From Candidatus Poribacteria bacterium (GTDB lineage: Bacteria; Poribacteria; WGA-4E; PCPOR2b), in NCBI GenBank assembly GCA_965215015.1, contig OZ244042.1, forward strand, positions 3,360,001 to 3,424,000: DNA of 64,000 nucleotides. Direction: 5' to 3'. Made by a program: the position numbers and the translations under genes. Shown in pieces: positions 1 through 10,601 of this stretch (position 1 is the first letter of the stretch; each line of letters begins with the position of its first letter). Below the pieces are notes generated by a model. The model had not been told where the DNA came from. It saw nothing but the letters and a program-made list of their open reading frames with translations, and made no database searches.

Positions 1-118
1 CAGCGGAACGTGAACAGAGCATCACACTCGCGCCTTCTTGGCAGAACTTTCGAGCAATCGCTTCTCCAATTCCACGCGATGCGCCCGTTACAATTGCTAC
101 TTTGTCTTTGAGTATCAT
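1..118 (-). CDS. fabG: 3-oxoacyl-ACP reductase, 5' part only (runs off window)
   Basis: Minus strand from ATG 118 reads [25 protein letters not shown] (SDR TGxxxGxG motif); lies directly after fabD. Confidence 0.85.
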   Translation of the reverse strand, partial: MILKDKVAIVTGASRGIGEAIARKFCQEGASVMLCSRSA

Positions 119-122
119 TTCA

Positions 123-1121
123 TCAACCCTTATACGCTATATCCATGACTTTATTGAGGTTCTTGGTATCCTCAATATTCAGGCAAATTGCTTCAGGTAG
201 GGTACGGCGTACCATCCCGGAAAGTGCTGTCCCGGGCCCTACCTCCACAAAGTGCGAGATGCCTGCAGCACCAATAGTCCTTATTGACTTCTCCCACTGA
301 ACAGCAGACGTCACTTGTGCTATCAGTAAGCGGCGAATTTCATCCGCAGTTTGTGCAACGTTACCCGTTACATTAGCAACCACCTGAATACTTGGATTGT
401 TGAATTGGAAGTCCTCGATTACAGTTTGAAGTAGCTCTCTTGCAGGTTCCATCAAGGCAGAATGAAATGCGCCGCTTACCTCGAGCCGTAGGCAACGTCT
501 GGCTCCGGCCTCCTTCGCGCTATCCATAACCCGTTCAACAGCAGCAGTATCGCCAGAAACAATCAGTTGCCCAGGACAGTTGTAGTTTGCGATTTGAACC
601 ACATCGTTACGTGCTTCCTGACCCGTGGCGGTTGCTTTGGCAGACGAAGCAGCTTCACAGAGATCTTGTAACCTTGCTGCTTCCAACCCTAAAATTGCAG
701 CCATGGTGCAATCTTGCCGCTGAGCAGCTTCCGCCATGACTTGTGCCCGATATTCAACCAACTTCAGCGCATCTGAGAAGGTTAGCACGTTTGCCGCAAC
801 AAGTGCGGAATACTCTCCAAGACTATGACCAGCAACAGCTTGGGGTGTCATTCCGTGTTCGCTCAAGACTCGCAATGCCGCAACACTGCATGTCAGAATA
901 GCTAGTTGTGTATTTTCCGTCTGTTTCAGTGCTGCCGCGGGGCCCTCAAAGCAGAGTTGGCTTAACTTCCGATTCAAGATCTCGTCCGCCTCGTCAAAGA
1001 CTGCACGAGCGGTGGTGTATTCTTGGGAAAGCTCCAACCCCATCCCCACTTTTTGAGAACCTTGACCGGGGAAGAGGAAAGCCAATGCGTTCTTTAGCGA
1101 GGATTCGATCATATCAGACAT
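123..1121 (-). CDS. fabD: Malonyl-CoA:ACP transacylase
   Basis: [15 protein letters not shown] catalytic motif, [14 protein letters not shown]. Confidence 0.97.
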   Translation of the reverse strand: MSDMIESSLKNALAFLFPGQGSQKVGMGLELSQEYTTARAVFDEADEILNRKLSQLCFEGPAAALKQTENTQLAILTCSVAALRVLSEHGMTPQAVAGHSLGEYSALVAANVLTFSDALKLVEYRAQVMAEAAQRQDCTMAAILGLEAARLQDLCEAASSAKATATGQEARNDVVQIANYNCPGQLIVSGDTAAVERVMDSAKEAGARRCLRLEVSGAFHSALMEPARELLQTVIEDFQFNNPSIQVVANVTGNVAQTADEIRRLLIAQVTSAVQWEKSIRTIGAAGISHFVEVGPGTALSGMVRRTLPEAICLNIEDTKNLNKVMDIAYKG

Positions 1122-1143
1122 GCCCCCTAAATCTCTGTTTCGT

Positions 1144-2133
1144 TTAGATTTTAATCAGGGTACTTCCCCACGTCAGGCCGGCACCGAATGTAACCAGCAA
1201 CACTAAGTCGCCCGGTTTAACTCGTCCGGACTGGAGGGCTTCGTCAAGTGCAACGATTGTAGTGGCAGCAGAGGTATTTCCGTACTTATCAACATTGACA
1301 TAGACTTTTTCTGGGTCAATTCCAATCCGCTCGCCGACAGCTTCGATGATGCGGATATTCGCCTGATGCGGGATAAGCAGATCGATTTCATCGATCGTTA
1401 CTCCTGCGATGTCTAATGCACGTTGAGCGGCTTCTGGCATAATACGGGTGCCAAGTTTGAACACCTCCCGTCCACGCATTTTAATCGAATGCATTCTGTT
1501 ATCAATGGTCTCATGGCTTGCCGGAAGGCGTGTACCACCAGCAGGCATCCCAAGCAGATTTGTATCAGCATAATTACCATCGGATCCAATATAAGACGCC
1601 AGAATCCCCTTTGCCTCATCTGTCCCCTGCACGATTGCGGCCCCTGCGGCATCTCCGAACAAAACGCAGGTATTTCTGTCTTCCCAATCGAGAATTTTAT
1701 TAAAAACTTCTCCACCAACGACTAGAATTGTTTGATAACGCCCGGACTGAATCATGCCGTCGGCCAGGTCAAGTCCGTAGATAAATCCCGCACAAGCCGC
1801 CGAAAGGTCAAAAGCACAAGCATTTTTAGCACCAATACCTTGCTGCACATAACACGCTGTTGAAGGAAAAAATGTATCAGGGGTCGCAGTACCAACAATG
1901 ACCATTTCAACATTAAGCGGATCAACCTCAGCGGCTTTAATAGCTTGGCGAGCTGCTCGAATACATAAATCCGAGGTTGCCATATCGGGATCGGCGATAC
2001 GCCGCTCGACAATACCAGTTCGCTGACGGATCCATTCATCGCTAGTATCAACCCGCTTTTCTAGGTCAAAGTTTGTTAAAATTCCCTCCGGCAGGTATGA
2101 ACCCGTTCCGGTAATTACTGCATGTCGAGCCAT
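1144..2133 (-). CDS. fabH: Beta-ketoacyl-ACP synthase III
   Basis: DLSAACAGF, HQAN and GNTSAA catalytic Cys/His/Asn motifs; FGAGLTWG. Confidence 0.97.
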   Translation of the reverse strand: MARHAVITGTGSYLPEGILTNFDLEKRVDTSDEWIRQRTGIVERRIADPDMATSDLCIRAARQAIKAAEVDPLNVEMVIVGTATPDTFFPSTACYVQQGIGAKNACAFDLSAACAGFIYGLDLADGMIQSGRYQTILVVGGEVFNKILDWEDRNTCVLFGDAAGAAIVQGTDEAKGILASYIGSDGNYADTNLLGMPAGGTRLPASHETIDNRMHSIKMRGREVFKLGTRIMPEAAQRALDIAGVTIDEIDLLIPHQANIRIIEAVGERIGIDPEKVYVNVDKYGNTSAATTIVALDEALQSGRVKPGDLVLLVTFGAGLTWGSTLIKI

Positions 2134-2200
2134 TACGATAGCGTCCTTTTCGCTTCAACTGTTATTCAACCCCAGGATTGAAGTTGGTTATAGTATTGGC

Positions 2201-2386
2201 CTAGTCTTCCCCAGCTGTTTTCACCACAACCCGCCCGTTATAGTAGCCACAGCTTGGGCAAACACGATGAGATAGGATTGTTTCTGAGCAGTGGGGACAT
2301 GTTGAAACAAATTTTTCCCCAAGTGCATGGTGGCTTCTTCGCATTCGTTTTTTTGATTTTGAAGTTCGACGTTTTGGATGTGCCAT
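2201..2386 (-). CDS. rpmF: 50S ribosomal protein L32 (zinc-ribbon type)
   Basis: MAHPKRRTSKSKKRMRRSH, CPHC..HRVCPSCGYY. Confidence 0.97.
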   Translation of the reverse strand: MAHPKRRTSKSKKRMRRSHHALGEKFVSTCPHCSETILSHRVCPSCGYYNGRVVVKTAGED

Positions 2387-2437
2387 AAGTCATCTCCTTA
2401 TTACCATATAGGACTGTGCATTTTAGAATCAGAGAAA

Positions 2438-2983
2438 TCAGTTTTCAAGGGCGCGGTCAGGGGGATCGAGTAGATCCGCCAAAGCAGCAAATGGAGAGGA
2501 GTCCGCCTCGGTAATCTGACAACCGCAGTCAGTAACGTTGCGATTTTCGCCACATTGCGGACAGAGTCCCTTGCACGTTTCCGAACAGAGGGGCCAATTG
2601 GGAATTTCAAGTATGAGGCTTTGCCGGACTTCCTCGGATAAATCGATTGTGTCTCCCAAATAATACCGCTCGCCGGTATCCGCTTGCCATGGGTCTAAGG
2701 GGGTAGTCGCATCTGCTGGATAAAACTGGACTTCAATATCCCCCCAAATGCTGGTTGCGAATGATTCAACACAGCAACGACATTCGACCTCAACCGACGT
2801 CGAAAAACTCCCTTTCACGTAAACATCTTCCACGCGGCGTGAGAGTTGTAGATATCCGTGAATCTCTCCAACAAACCGTGCTTCTTCTAGCTCTAAGTCA
2901 ATTTCCGCAGGCGGAACCCAAACCTCGTGTCGTGCAGATCGGTTGTCAGAAATTTCCCTAACAATGAATTCGAGCGTTTTCAC
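2438..2983 (-). CDS. yceD: DUF177/YceD family protein
   Basis: [28 protein letters not shown]; conserved position upstream of rpmF. Confidence 0.9.
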   Translation of the reverse strand: MKTLEFIVREISDNRSARHEVWVPPAEIDLELEEARFVGEIHGYLQLSRRVEDVYVKGSFSTSVEVECRCCVESFATSIWGDIEVQFYPADATTPLDPWQADTGERYYLGDTIDLSEEVRQSLILEIPNWPLCSETCKGLCPQCGENRNVTDCGCQITEADSSPFAALADLLDPPDRALEN

Positions 2984-4203
2984 GAAAAAGTGCCTCCGAG
3001 TTCAAATCGATCGTGAATTGTACGCACGGCACGTTCTGTTTCACTCTGATCAATCACACAAGAAATTGTGATTTCCGACGAGCTGATCATCTGAATGTTG
3101 ATATTTGCGTCAGCGAGGGCTTGGAACATTCGGGCAGCGATACCCGCATGACTCTTCATTCCAATTCCGACTAACGACACCCGTGCAATATTTTTGTCCG
3201 GGCTAACGCTGGTGAAACCAATTTCGCTTTTGAGTCCTTCAATAATTTTAATTGTTGCTTGTAGGTCCTTCTCAGTAACTGTAAACGCTATGTCGGCTGT
3301 ACCCCCCGGATGTGTGGTCTGGATGACCATATCAATACTGATGTGGGCATCAGCAACTGCCTGAAAAATGCGCGCCGCAATCCCTGGTGTGTCCGGCACA
3401 CCGAGCAGCGATACCTTTGCCTGATCTTTATCAGAGGTCACCGCGCTGACGACAACTTCTTCTATCATGTCATCTTCCTTTACCACCATTGTGCCTTCGG
3501 CTTCACTGAAGCTAGAGCGGACGCACAGGTGAACATTAAATTTCTTCGCAAGCTCTACACATCGGGAGTGCAAAACCTTCGCACCGAGTCTCGCCATTTC
3601 AAGCATTTCATCATGGGTAATCTGATGGTGCTTACGGGCATTGGGAACGACACGTGGGTCTGCTGTGTAAACCCCCTCTACATCCGTATAAATGTCACAA
3701 CGATCGGCCACCAATGTAGCAGCAATGGCAACAGCGGTGGTGTCGGAGGCACCTCGCCCGAGGGTCGTAATCTCGTTATCAATACTTACTCCCTGAAAGC
3801 CCGCTAGTATAACAATCCTTCCACGCTCAAGTTCCGATAGAATGCGCTCTTTGTTGATGCTCTTAATTCGGGCATTGCTATAAAAGCCATTGGTGATGAT
3901 GCCGACCTGTGTACCTGTGAGGGAGATTGCTTGGTGTCCAAGTTCTGAAACCGCCATCGCTAACAGGGCAATTGAGACCTGTTCACCGGTGGACAGCAGC
4001 ATATCGAGTTCCCGCTCAGGGGGCTCTATTGAGATCTCATGAGCAAGTCGGATTAGATTATCAGTCGTGTCTCCCATCGCAGACACAGCAACAACAACAG
4101 CGTTCCCTTGCTGGCGTGTCAGTGCGATTCGCTTAGCAACATTTTTGATTTTTGTAGCATCAGCGACAGAACTCCCACCAAATTTTTGGACAATGATTCT
4201 CAC
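2980..4203 (-). CDS. lysC: Aspartate kinase
   Basis: [31 protein letters not shown], two C-terminal ACT domains. Confidence 0.96.
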   Translation of the reverse strand: MRIIVQKFGGSSVADATKIKNVAKRIALTRQQGNAVVVAVSAMGDTTDNLIRLAHEISIEPPERELDMLLSTGEQVSIALLAMAVSELGHQAISLTGTQVGIITNGFYSNARIKSINKERILSELERGRIVILAGFQGVSIDNEITTLGRGASDTTAVAIAATLVADRCDIYTDVEGVYTADPRVVPNARKHHQITHDEMLEMARLGAKVLHSRCVELAKKFNVHLCVRSSFSEAEGTMVVKEDDMIEEVVVSAVTSDKDQAKVSLLGVPDTPGIAARIFQAVADAHISIDMVIQTTHPGGTADIAFTVTEKDLQATIKIIEGLKSEIGFTSVSPDKNIARVSLVGIGMKSHAGIAARMFQALADANINIQMISSSEITISCVIDQSETERAVRTIHDRFELGGTFS

Positions 4204-4304
4204 ACTAACTAACCTCTTTTACACCGTTAAGTCAAGATATTTTCCGCATCAGGGCGTGTCAAGGATTCGGTAAGGTTTTTCTGCTTACTTGTGTTTCACG
4301 CCGC

Positions 4305-5366
4305 TTACGCTTCATAAACATATTTCAGGATTGCATCTTCGTTCGCAGACACAGTGATCGGCTCTCCCCCGATTTCTCCTAGCGCAGTGTCTGGGTCCTT
4401 TAAGCCATGTCCGGTCAGGATGCAAACGATTGTAGAGCCCGGCTCGAAATATCCAGTCTGATTCAATTTGATGACGCCAGCGACGGAAGCTGCCGAAGCA
4501 GGTTCGACGAACAATCCTTCCAATCTTGCGAGCATCTGGTACGCTTGCAGGATTTCGTCGTCCGACACCCGATCAATTAAGCCTTTCGATTTATCGCGTG
4601 CTTCCTCCGCATTCCGCCAACTTGCGGGATTCCCAATTTTAATTGCGCTGGCGATTGTCTGTGGCTTCTCAATAGGATAGCCTAAAACTATCGGTGCCGC
4701 TCGATATGCCTGAAAGCCAAGCATTTTGGGAAGGCTATCCGCCTTGCCACAGTTGTAATATTCTTTGTATCCCTTCCAATAAGCGGTAATATTCCCTGCG
4801 TTGCCGACGGGCATCGCTTGATAATCCGGAGTAAAACCGAGGTGGTCGATAATTTCAAAGGCCCCCGTCTTCTGCCCTTCAATGCGATAGGGATTAAGCG
4901 AATTCACTAGATGAACCGGGTGTTTTTCGGTAATGTCTCGTACGAGCTGAAGTGCCTTGTCGAAATTTCCATCAACTGCCAGGACTTTTGCACCGTGCAT
5001 CAACGCCTGTGCCAATTTCCCAAGAGCAATTTCCCCTTTTGGAACGAGCACAATACATCTCAATTTTGCTTTGGCAGCGTAGGCAGCGGCAGACGCTGAT
5101 GTGTTGCCAGTTGAGGCACACATTATCGCGTGGGCACCATCCTCAACGGACTTAGAGATGGCAACGGTCATGCCCCGATCTTTGAAGGAACTTGTCGGAT
5201 TTAGCCCTTCGTGTTTCAGGTAGATGCGCAGGTTGCTACCGATTGCCTCATTTAAGTTTGTCGCTTCGATGAGGGGCGTATTCCCTTCCTTGAGTGTAAT
5301 AATCGGGGTCTCTGATGTGACCGGTAGATCTACACGGTAGTGATGAATGACACCCTTCCAAATCAT
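4305..5366 (-). CDS. thrC: Threonine synthase
   Basis: [13 protein letters not shown] lysine motif, [17 protein letters not shown]. Confidence 0.96.
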   Translation of the reverse strand: MIWKGVIHHYRVDLPVTSETPIITLKEGNTPLIEATNLNEAIGSNLRIYLKHEGLNPTSSFKDRGMTVAISKSVEDGAHAIMCASTGNTSASAAAYAAKAKLRCIVLVPKGEIALGKLAQALMHGAKVLAVDGNFDKALQLVRDITEKHPVHLVNSLNPYRIEGQKTGAFEIIDHLGFTPDYQAMPVGNAGNITAYWKGYKEYYNCGKADSLPKMLGFQAYRAAPIVLGYPIEKPQTIASAIKIGNPASWRNAEEARDKSKGLIDRVSDDEILQAYQMLARLEGLFVEPASAASVAGVIKLNQTGYFEPGSTIVCILTGHGLKDPDTALGEIGGEPITVSANEDAILKYVYEA

Positions 5367-5380
5367 TCGCTGCGATTTCC

Positions 5381-6703
5381 TTAAAATGCAACTTCCTCTT
5401 CAATGCGAATCAGTCGGCTTGTCCCCTTGACAACATCAAGTGTATCAATCTCGTGGATTGCCATCTGCATGTTTTTCTCAACCGCCTTGTGCGTTACGAT
5501 AACAATTGAAGCAGTATCGTCAACTTCGTGGCGTTCTTTCTGGATGACAGATGCAATGCTGATACGGTGTTCTCCGAGGATACTACTAATCTGTGCTAAT
5601 ACTCCGGGCCTATCTAGAACAACGAGGCGAACGTAATAACGGGTTTGAACGTCATCAATGGGACAGAGAGAGATGTTGGCTTGCGATCCGGAAAGCCAAC
5701 CGCGCGGGACTTGTGATCTGACTTTACCGCTAATCGATTTCGCCGCATCGATAATATCTGCAACAACGGCACTCGCTGTTGGCATTTCGCCGGCACCTTG
5801 TCCATAGAACAAGGTTGGACCGACGGCATCGCCAATAACACAGACGGTGTTGAATGCGCCGCCAACATTTGCGAGCATACTGCGTACGGGCACCAACGTC
5901 GGATGAACACGCGTTTCAACCCGGTCTTGATTCAGCTTTGCGATAGCAAGGAGTTTGATTACGTATCCGAGTTCACGAGCGTACTGAATCTCATTAGGCG
6001 TGATATGTGTGATACCTTCCGTGTAAACTCCCTCCATCGGCATAGCAAAGCCATAAGCGAGGGAAGTGAGGAGGGTCAGTTTATGTGCGGCATCAATCCC
6101 TTCAACATCAAATGTCGGATCTGCTTCAGCATACCCTTTGGCTTGCGCCTCTTTCAGCACTTCGTCAAAACTGACATCGTTTTCCTGCATCTCCGTCAAG
6201 ATATAGTTACAGGTGCCGTTGATGATGCCGTAGATTGACTGGATACGGTTTGCGGCAAAACTCTCCCGTAGGGTTTTGATTATTGGGATGCCTCCGGCCG
6301 CGCTCGCCTCAAAATTCAGGCTGACCTTATGTTTATCAGCAAGTTGAAAGAGCTCAAAGCCGTGCGCTGCCAACAAGGCCTTATTCGCTGTCACAATGTG
6401 TTTCCCATTGCGGATAGCCTGAGTGACTAAGACACGCGTTTCATCGGTTCCTCCCATCAACTCGACAACTATATCGATTTCAGGATTCTCGACAATCTCA
6501 GCGGGATTTGTCGTCAAACAGCTTGCGTCCAGTTCAACACCGGGACGAGATGCTGGTAGCGTACGTTTCGCAATTTTGATTAGACGGAGTTGGACCCCGG
6601 CGTTCTGTTCAATCAAATTACTCTGGTTGAGCAAAATCTTGGACACACCCGTGCCGACTGTGCCCCAGCCAAGAAGCCCTACATTGATGCTATCGTTATT
6701 CAC
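5381..6703 (-). CDS. hom: Homoserine dehydrogenase with C-terminal ACT domain
   Basis: [29 protein letters not shown]. True start is GTG 6703 after GAGAGG; the longer ORF reads through the tRNA. Confidence 0.95.
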   Translation of the reverse strand: MNNDSINVGLLGWGTVGTGVSKILLNQSNLIEQNAGVQLRLIKIAKRTLPASRPGVELDASCLTTNPAEIVENPEIDIVVELMGGTDETRVLVTQAIRNGKHIVTANKALLAAHGFELFQLADKHKVSLNFEASAAGGIPIIKTLRESFAANRIQSIYGIINGTCNYILTEMQENDVSFDEVLKEAQAKGYAEADPTFDVEGIDAAHKLTLLTSLAYGFAMPMEGVYTEGITHITPNEIQYARELGYVIKLLAIAKLNQDRVETRVHPTLVPVRSMLANVGGAFNTVCVIGDAVGPTLFYGQGAGEMPTASAVVADIIDAAKSISGKVRSQVPRGWLSGSQANISLCPIDDVQTRYYVRLVVLDRPGVLAQISSILGEHRISIASVIQKERHEVDDTASIVIVTHKAVEKNMQMAIHEIDTLDVVKGTSRLIRIEEEVAF

Positions 6704-6728
6704 TACTACCTCTCTACATACATAAAAA

Positions 6729-6802
6729 TCGGGGCGACTGGATTTGAACCAGCGACCTCTTGAACCCCATTCAAGCGCGCTTCCGGGCTGCGCTACGCCC
6801 CG
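6729..6802 (-). tRNA. tRNA-Pro(GGG), CCA not encoded
   Basis: CGGGGCG/CGCCCCG acceptor stem, anticodon arm CUUGA-AUGGGGU-UCAAG, T-loop GGTTCAAATCC. Confidence 0.96.
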
Positions 6803-6833
6803 ACCATTATCCATTCGGATACAATACGGGTAA

Positions 6834-6862
6834 ATGTTAGCATTCAGACCAATAACTGTCAA
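6834..6862 (-). promoter_or_regulatory. Putative sigma70 promoter for the tRNA-Pro/hom operon
   Basis: TTGACA-17 nt-TAACAT with a TG extension, upstream of the tRNA. Confidence 0.6.
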
Positions 6863-6903
6863 GAAAAAAATTAGAGAAACAGGACAGATGAGACTTGATT
6901 TCG

Positions 6904-7698
6904 TTACACCAAAGTGGCGAACCAATCCCGTACCCGCACTTTATCCGCGTCGTTTCCAAAGCCGAGACTGAACCAGCCGGAATAGCCATCCACCTTCAAC
7001 CTTGCAAACAGCGTTTCAAAGTCAATGGTCCCTTCGCCGGGAACGAGATGAACCTCATAATCGCCGGTGTTGTCGTTGAGGCGTACCTGACCAATATTTT
7101 CCACACCAAAGGCATCAAGGAACCCCTGCCAGCCCTCGGGCACGAGATGACCGTGGGCAACATTGAATGCCCACTGAAAGTGCGACGATTCAATAGCGTC
7201 GAAGAACCAGTGTGTCTCTTCGACGTTATGCGGGATGTAGTGAATTTCGGCATGTCCAGGTTCTTTGTTGTGGTTCTCAAAGAAGATGACAACATTGGCT
7301 TGCTCTGCCCTGTCCACCAATCGCTTCATCCGTTCAACAGCCACTTCCCGTCGTCGGGGCACGTCCCCGAAATGATACCCTCCATGCCCAACGAACCAAC
7401 CGCATCCGAGTTGTGCGGCTAGATCGAGGTTAGCGAACAGGTATGCGTCCACCGCTTCCGCCATGATAGGTACATACTCGGCGTTATTTATCGCGGACGA
7501 CGGATGGATGCCGATGGCGATATCGTGCGTTTCACAGAGGTCCCGTACTCCTCGGACACGAGCGGCATCGAATGAGGCGATGTCATTCGGGGGTAGATCT
7601 GCCTGAAAATCGATGTACCGAAAACCGTTTTGGGCTGCCCAGCGGATCGAGTCCTCAATGGGTTGACCTGAAGCATTAAAGCCGAAACGATTCCTCAT
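6904..7698 (-). CDS. Sugar phosphate isomerase/epimerase (AP endonuclease 2 TIM barrel)
   Basis: FFENHN, FNVAHGH, HLVPGEGTIDF; AGGAGG RBS before ATG 7698. Confidence 0.85.
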   Translation of the reverse strand: MRNRFGFNASGQPIEDSIRWAAQNGFRYIDFQADLPPNDIASFDAARVRGVRDLCETHDIAIGIHPSSAINNAEYVPIMAEAVDAYLFANLDLAAQLGCGWFVGHGGYHFGDVPRRREVAVERMKRLVDRAEQANVVIFFENHNKEPGHAEIHYIPHNVEETHWFFDAIESSHFQWAFNVAHGHLVPEGWQGFLDAFGVENIGQVRLNDNTGDYEVHLVPGEGTIDFETLFARLKVDGYSGWFSLGFGNDADKVRVRDWFATLV

Positions 7699-7742
7699 AT
7701 ATATCCTCCTCATTACCGTTAGGGGTTACGCCCTTGAGTAAG

Positions 7743-7772
7743 GTAGTAGGCATACGGCGTATGTCTACTACT
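7743..7772. repeat. REP-like palindrome GTAGTAGGCATAC..GTATGTCTACTAC
   Basis: GTAG-led hairpin; related copies at about 55359-55385 and inside the 36.6-37.6 kb units. Confidence 0.7.
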
Positions 7773-7810
7773 GGCAACTTGAGTTATTAACAGTTTTCCC
7801 CTCATGCCTG

Positions 7811-8899
7811 TTAGGCATCAACCCGATACCGCTCAATCGCTTCCTCATCAAGCTCTATCCCCATCCCTGGTCCTTGCGGAATCTGAACACAGCCATCTTT
7901 CACCGTGTACAGTGTGTCGGCTTTAACCAGCTTGTTCAAAGGCGACCAAGCCTCCTCGGGGAGGATTGGCGGGGTTGTGTAAACCAATTCTTGCATCCGG
8001 CATGTGCGGATGGTCGCAGCAACTTGCAGCGAATAAATTAGATCCATTCCGTGCGAACCGTGAAAAATACATTCCATACCAAACATCTCAGCCATACTTG
8101 CCACCTTCTTTAGCGTGGTGATTAGGTTGGCACAATGGGGTTGCACAATATCAAACGCTTCCCCTTGAACATACCCCCGATACACCTCATCTGGTTGATG
8201 TTCTCCACCGGTGATGGCGATGTCTGTTTCTGCTCGTAGCCGGGCGTGCAGGTGTATGTCGCCGCGAGTAAAGGGTTCTTCCAGCCAAGTGGCGTCAACT
8301 TCCTCCAATGCCCTAGCGGCGCGAAGGGCGGTATCATAATCCCAGGTGGATCCTGAGTATTCCGCGGTTCTGTCCACCATCACTTCCATTTTATCGCGTC
8401 CACCGACTCGCTCGCGAATTAATCGGATGGCTTCGACATCCTCCATCAGATCTGGGCGGAAAATGCGAATCTTGACCGCTTTGTACCTGTGCTCTGAATA
8501 TCGTAAAACATCTTCAGCTTGTTGATGTGGGGTGACGTCGGTCTGATCCGCCGCGCCGGGCCAAACACAGGTCAGGTATAGAGGGATCTCATCACGATAG
8601 GTGCCCATTAGCTTATGCAGGGGGAGACCCGCGGCTTTGCCCACGATGTCCCAAAGCGCATTCTCTGCACCAAACCACTTATCCAAACCGGCTTCGAGAT
8701 GTCGTTCGATCTGGAACGGATCTGCTCCCACCAAGAGTTGGCTGACAACATCGACATCCACTGCCTCGAATCCGTAACCTGTGATTCCTTCATCGGTATG
8801 GACTCGCGTAATCGCCGAGGAATTGTAGTATCTCCGCTGCCGTTCTTCATCAGATATTGGAACTTCAACACGAAAGCTCTCAACCGAAGTTACTTTCAT
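7811..8899 (-). CDS. Mandelate racemase/muconate lactonizing enzyme family protein
   Basis: ALWDIVGKAAG, KAVKIR, VMVD, WLEEP, GGE, GPGMGIE. Confidence 0.9.
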   Translation of the reverse strand: MKVTSVESFRVEVPISDEERQRRYYNSSAITRVHTDEGITGYGFEAVDVDVVSQLLVGADPFQIERHLEAGLDKWFGAENALWDIVGKAAGLPLHKLMGTYRDEIPLYLTCVWPGAADQTDVTPHQQAEDVLRYSEHRYKAVKIRIFRPDLMEDVEAIRLIRERVGGRDKMEVMVDRTAEYSGSTWDYDTALRAARALEEVDATWLEEPFTRGDIHLHARLRAETDIAITGGEHQPDEVYRGYVQGEAFDIVQPHCANLITTLKKVASMAEMFGMECIFHGSHGMDLIYSLQVAATIRTCRMQELVYTTPPILPEEAWSPLNKLVKADTLYTVKDGCVQIPQGPGMGIELDEEAIERYRVDA

Positions 8900-9055
8900 A
8901 GCGCACCTCTCCCTATAGGAAATCAATCAGAATTCCACTGCATTCATAACGCAAGTTGCCACCTATCGTCCCGCTAGCAATCTGCAAAATGCCAACAATT
9001 CATAGTTGAGCTTCCTCATCCAATCGATGCGGATTGTCAGTATCGGTCTTAGTCC

Positions 9056-9177
9056 GTAGGTCTATATTTATATCTCAACATAGGACTATCGATTTTGGAA
9101 AATCGACCGACAGAAGTCCGATAGCGTCTTAGGTATATCAAGATGAGTTCAATTTGTCAAATGTCAACAGAACCTAG
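9056..9177. mobile_element. Partial copy of the MITE at 32029-32323 (right end only)
   Basis: Shares GTAGGTC..ATATCTC.ACA, TTTTGGAAAAT.GACC.AC.GAAGTCCGA and GTTCAATTTGTC.AATGTCAACAGAACCTAG with that element. Confidence 0.7.
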
Positions 9178-9188
9178 CAACTGAGGTC

Positions 9189-10295
9189 CTAATAATCTGC
9201 GACTGAGCCGTCTTTCAATCGACTGTTGGGCCAGGTGAACTTACGCTCAGTGTCTTCTCCAACTTCAATCACCGATGCCTCATCGACCTCAACGCCTAAG
9301 CCGGGGCCTTCTGGCAGCGACACATAGCCCTCCACATCCATCTCCCACGTCTTTCGCGCCACACCTTCTGGCAAGACACCTTTGTAACCTTCATGTATCA
9401 AGAAAAATGGAACAGATGCCGCCACATGCAGGCTAGCGGTCAACCCGAGATGCGACATTGTACAGTGTGGTGCCAGTGGGACGTGATGGGCTTCTGCAAG
9501 GGCTGCGACCTTCTTCATTTGGCTAATGCCGCCGCCATGACCGCAATCTGGTTGCAGGATATCAATCACCTGCGCTTCGAGGATTTCACGCACCTCCCAT
9601 ATAGTCCGATCGCGTTCTCCCGTTGCGAGAGGGACAGGTACGGACTCGCGGATTTTCCGCATTACTTCAATGTTACCGGGCACCCACGCTTCTTCTAAGA
9701 AGAGCAAGTCATCGGCTTTTAGGTAGCTAGCAAATTGTTTCACGATCGGGGGCGGCAGGCAACTATGTGCGTCGAACATCACAGCCCCATCAGGTCCAAC
9801 TTGTTCACGCGCCTCCCGTACCTTCTGAACCAGCTCTTCAATCTCCGTGGGTGTTCCGGCAAACGGTTTGGATCCACCGGGCCCTGTTTTGATGGCTTTG
9901 GGACTGGGGTACATCCAGACTTTGTCGCGGCATGGGCCACCGAGTAGACGGTAAACGGGAACATTCCAGAGTTTGCCGGCGATGTCCCACAACGCCATGT
10001 CAATTGCGGAGATGGTATGCACCATCAATCCGCCGCCGCGGATGTTACGGTGGGCGCGAAAAAGTCGCTGCCAATGATGCTCAATGCGAGTTGGGTTTTC
10101 GCCGATAATAATTTCCGAGAGCGACTCTGCGAGGCGGCAGGTAACATTGTTCTCCATGTTGTTAATTTCACCCCAACCTGTCACCCCCATGTTAGTCTCG
10201 ATTTTGACATAGGCTTTAACGCCCATGGGGAAAGCGTGTAGTGCAGTAATTCTGATTTGAGATCCGCTATCTTCAACTTTTGGTTGATGTGCCAT
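9189..10295 (-). CDS. Galactonate dehydratase-like enolase-superfamily protein
   Basis: SAIDMALWDIAGK, MFDAH, FLEE, ATGER, LQPD, APHC, PGLGVE. Confidence 0.88.
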   Translation of the reverse strand: MAHQPKVEDSGSQIRITALHAFPMGVKAYVKIETNMGVTGWGEINNMENNVTCRLAESLSEIIIGENPTRIEHHWQRLFRAHRNIRGGGLMVHTISAIDMALWDIAGKLWNVPVYRLLGGPCRDKVWMYPSPKAIKTGPGGSKPFAGTPTEIEELVQKVREAREQVGPDGAVMFDAHSCLPPPIVKQFASYLKADDLLFLEEAWVPGNIEVMRKIRESVPVPLATGERDRTIWEVREILEAQVIDILQPDCGHGGGISQMKKVAALAEAHHVPLAPHCTMSHLGLTASLHVAASVPFFLIHEGYKGVLPEGVARKTWEMDVEGYVSLPEGPGLGVEVDEASVIEVGEDTERKFTWPNSRLKDGSVADY

Positions 10296-10416
10296 AAAGA
10301 ACTCCTTTCTATGAGTTAGAATAACATCCACTTACGGATTTGACAATATATTTCTACCGACGTGTATGAGGGAGCTGTCAAGTTCAAACTGGTAAATTTC
10401 TTCCACCCCCGATGAT

Positions 10417-10504
10417 TAGGGGCATTTAGTTCTTCTATAGGAGAGATTTCCGAGTCCCGACACATCGCTCAGACAGCGAGAAAACCGAAAACTAAATAGC
10501 CCTA
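10417..10504. mobile_element. Short MITE-like element with terminal inverted repeats
   Basis: TAGGGGCATTTAGTT ... AACTAAATAGCCCTA; a right-end copy (GAAAACTAAATGCCCCTA) is also present at about 27311-27328. Confidence 0.65.
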
Positions 10505-10522
10505 CTCGATGAGGCTTTCCCC

Positions 10523-10551
10523 TTGACGCGACGGACAAATTGTGATATAAA
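10523..10551 (+). promoter_or_regulatory. sigma70 promoter of the helicase-methyltransferase operon
   Basis: TTGACG-17 nt-TATAAA with a TG extended -10; AGGAG RBS at 10591. Confidence 0.7.
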
Positions 10552-10601
10552 AAGGGTATCATCTTTATAATAATAAAGGGACAGCTAGCTAGGAGTAAAT
10601 T

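Noticed and set aside
6729-6802. tRNA-anchored integrative island
   Set aside because: No integrase and no duplicated tRNA 3' end seen.
6704-6925. N-terminal extension of homoserine dehydrogenase
   Set aside because: It is read-through of tRNA-Pro ([14 protein letters not shown]...); the real start is GTG 6703.
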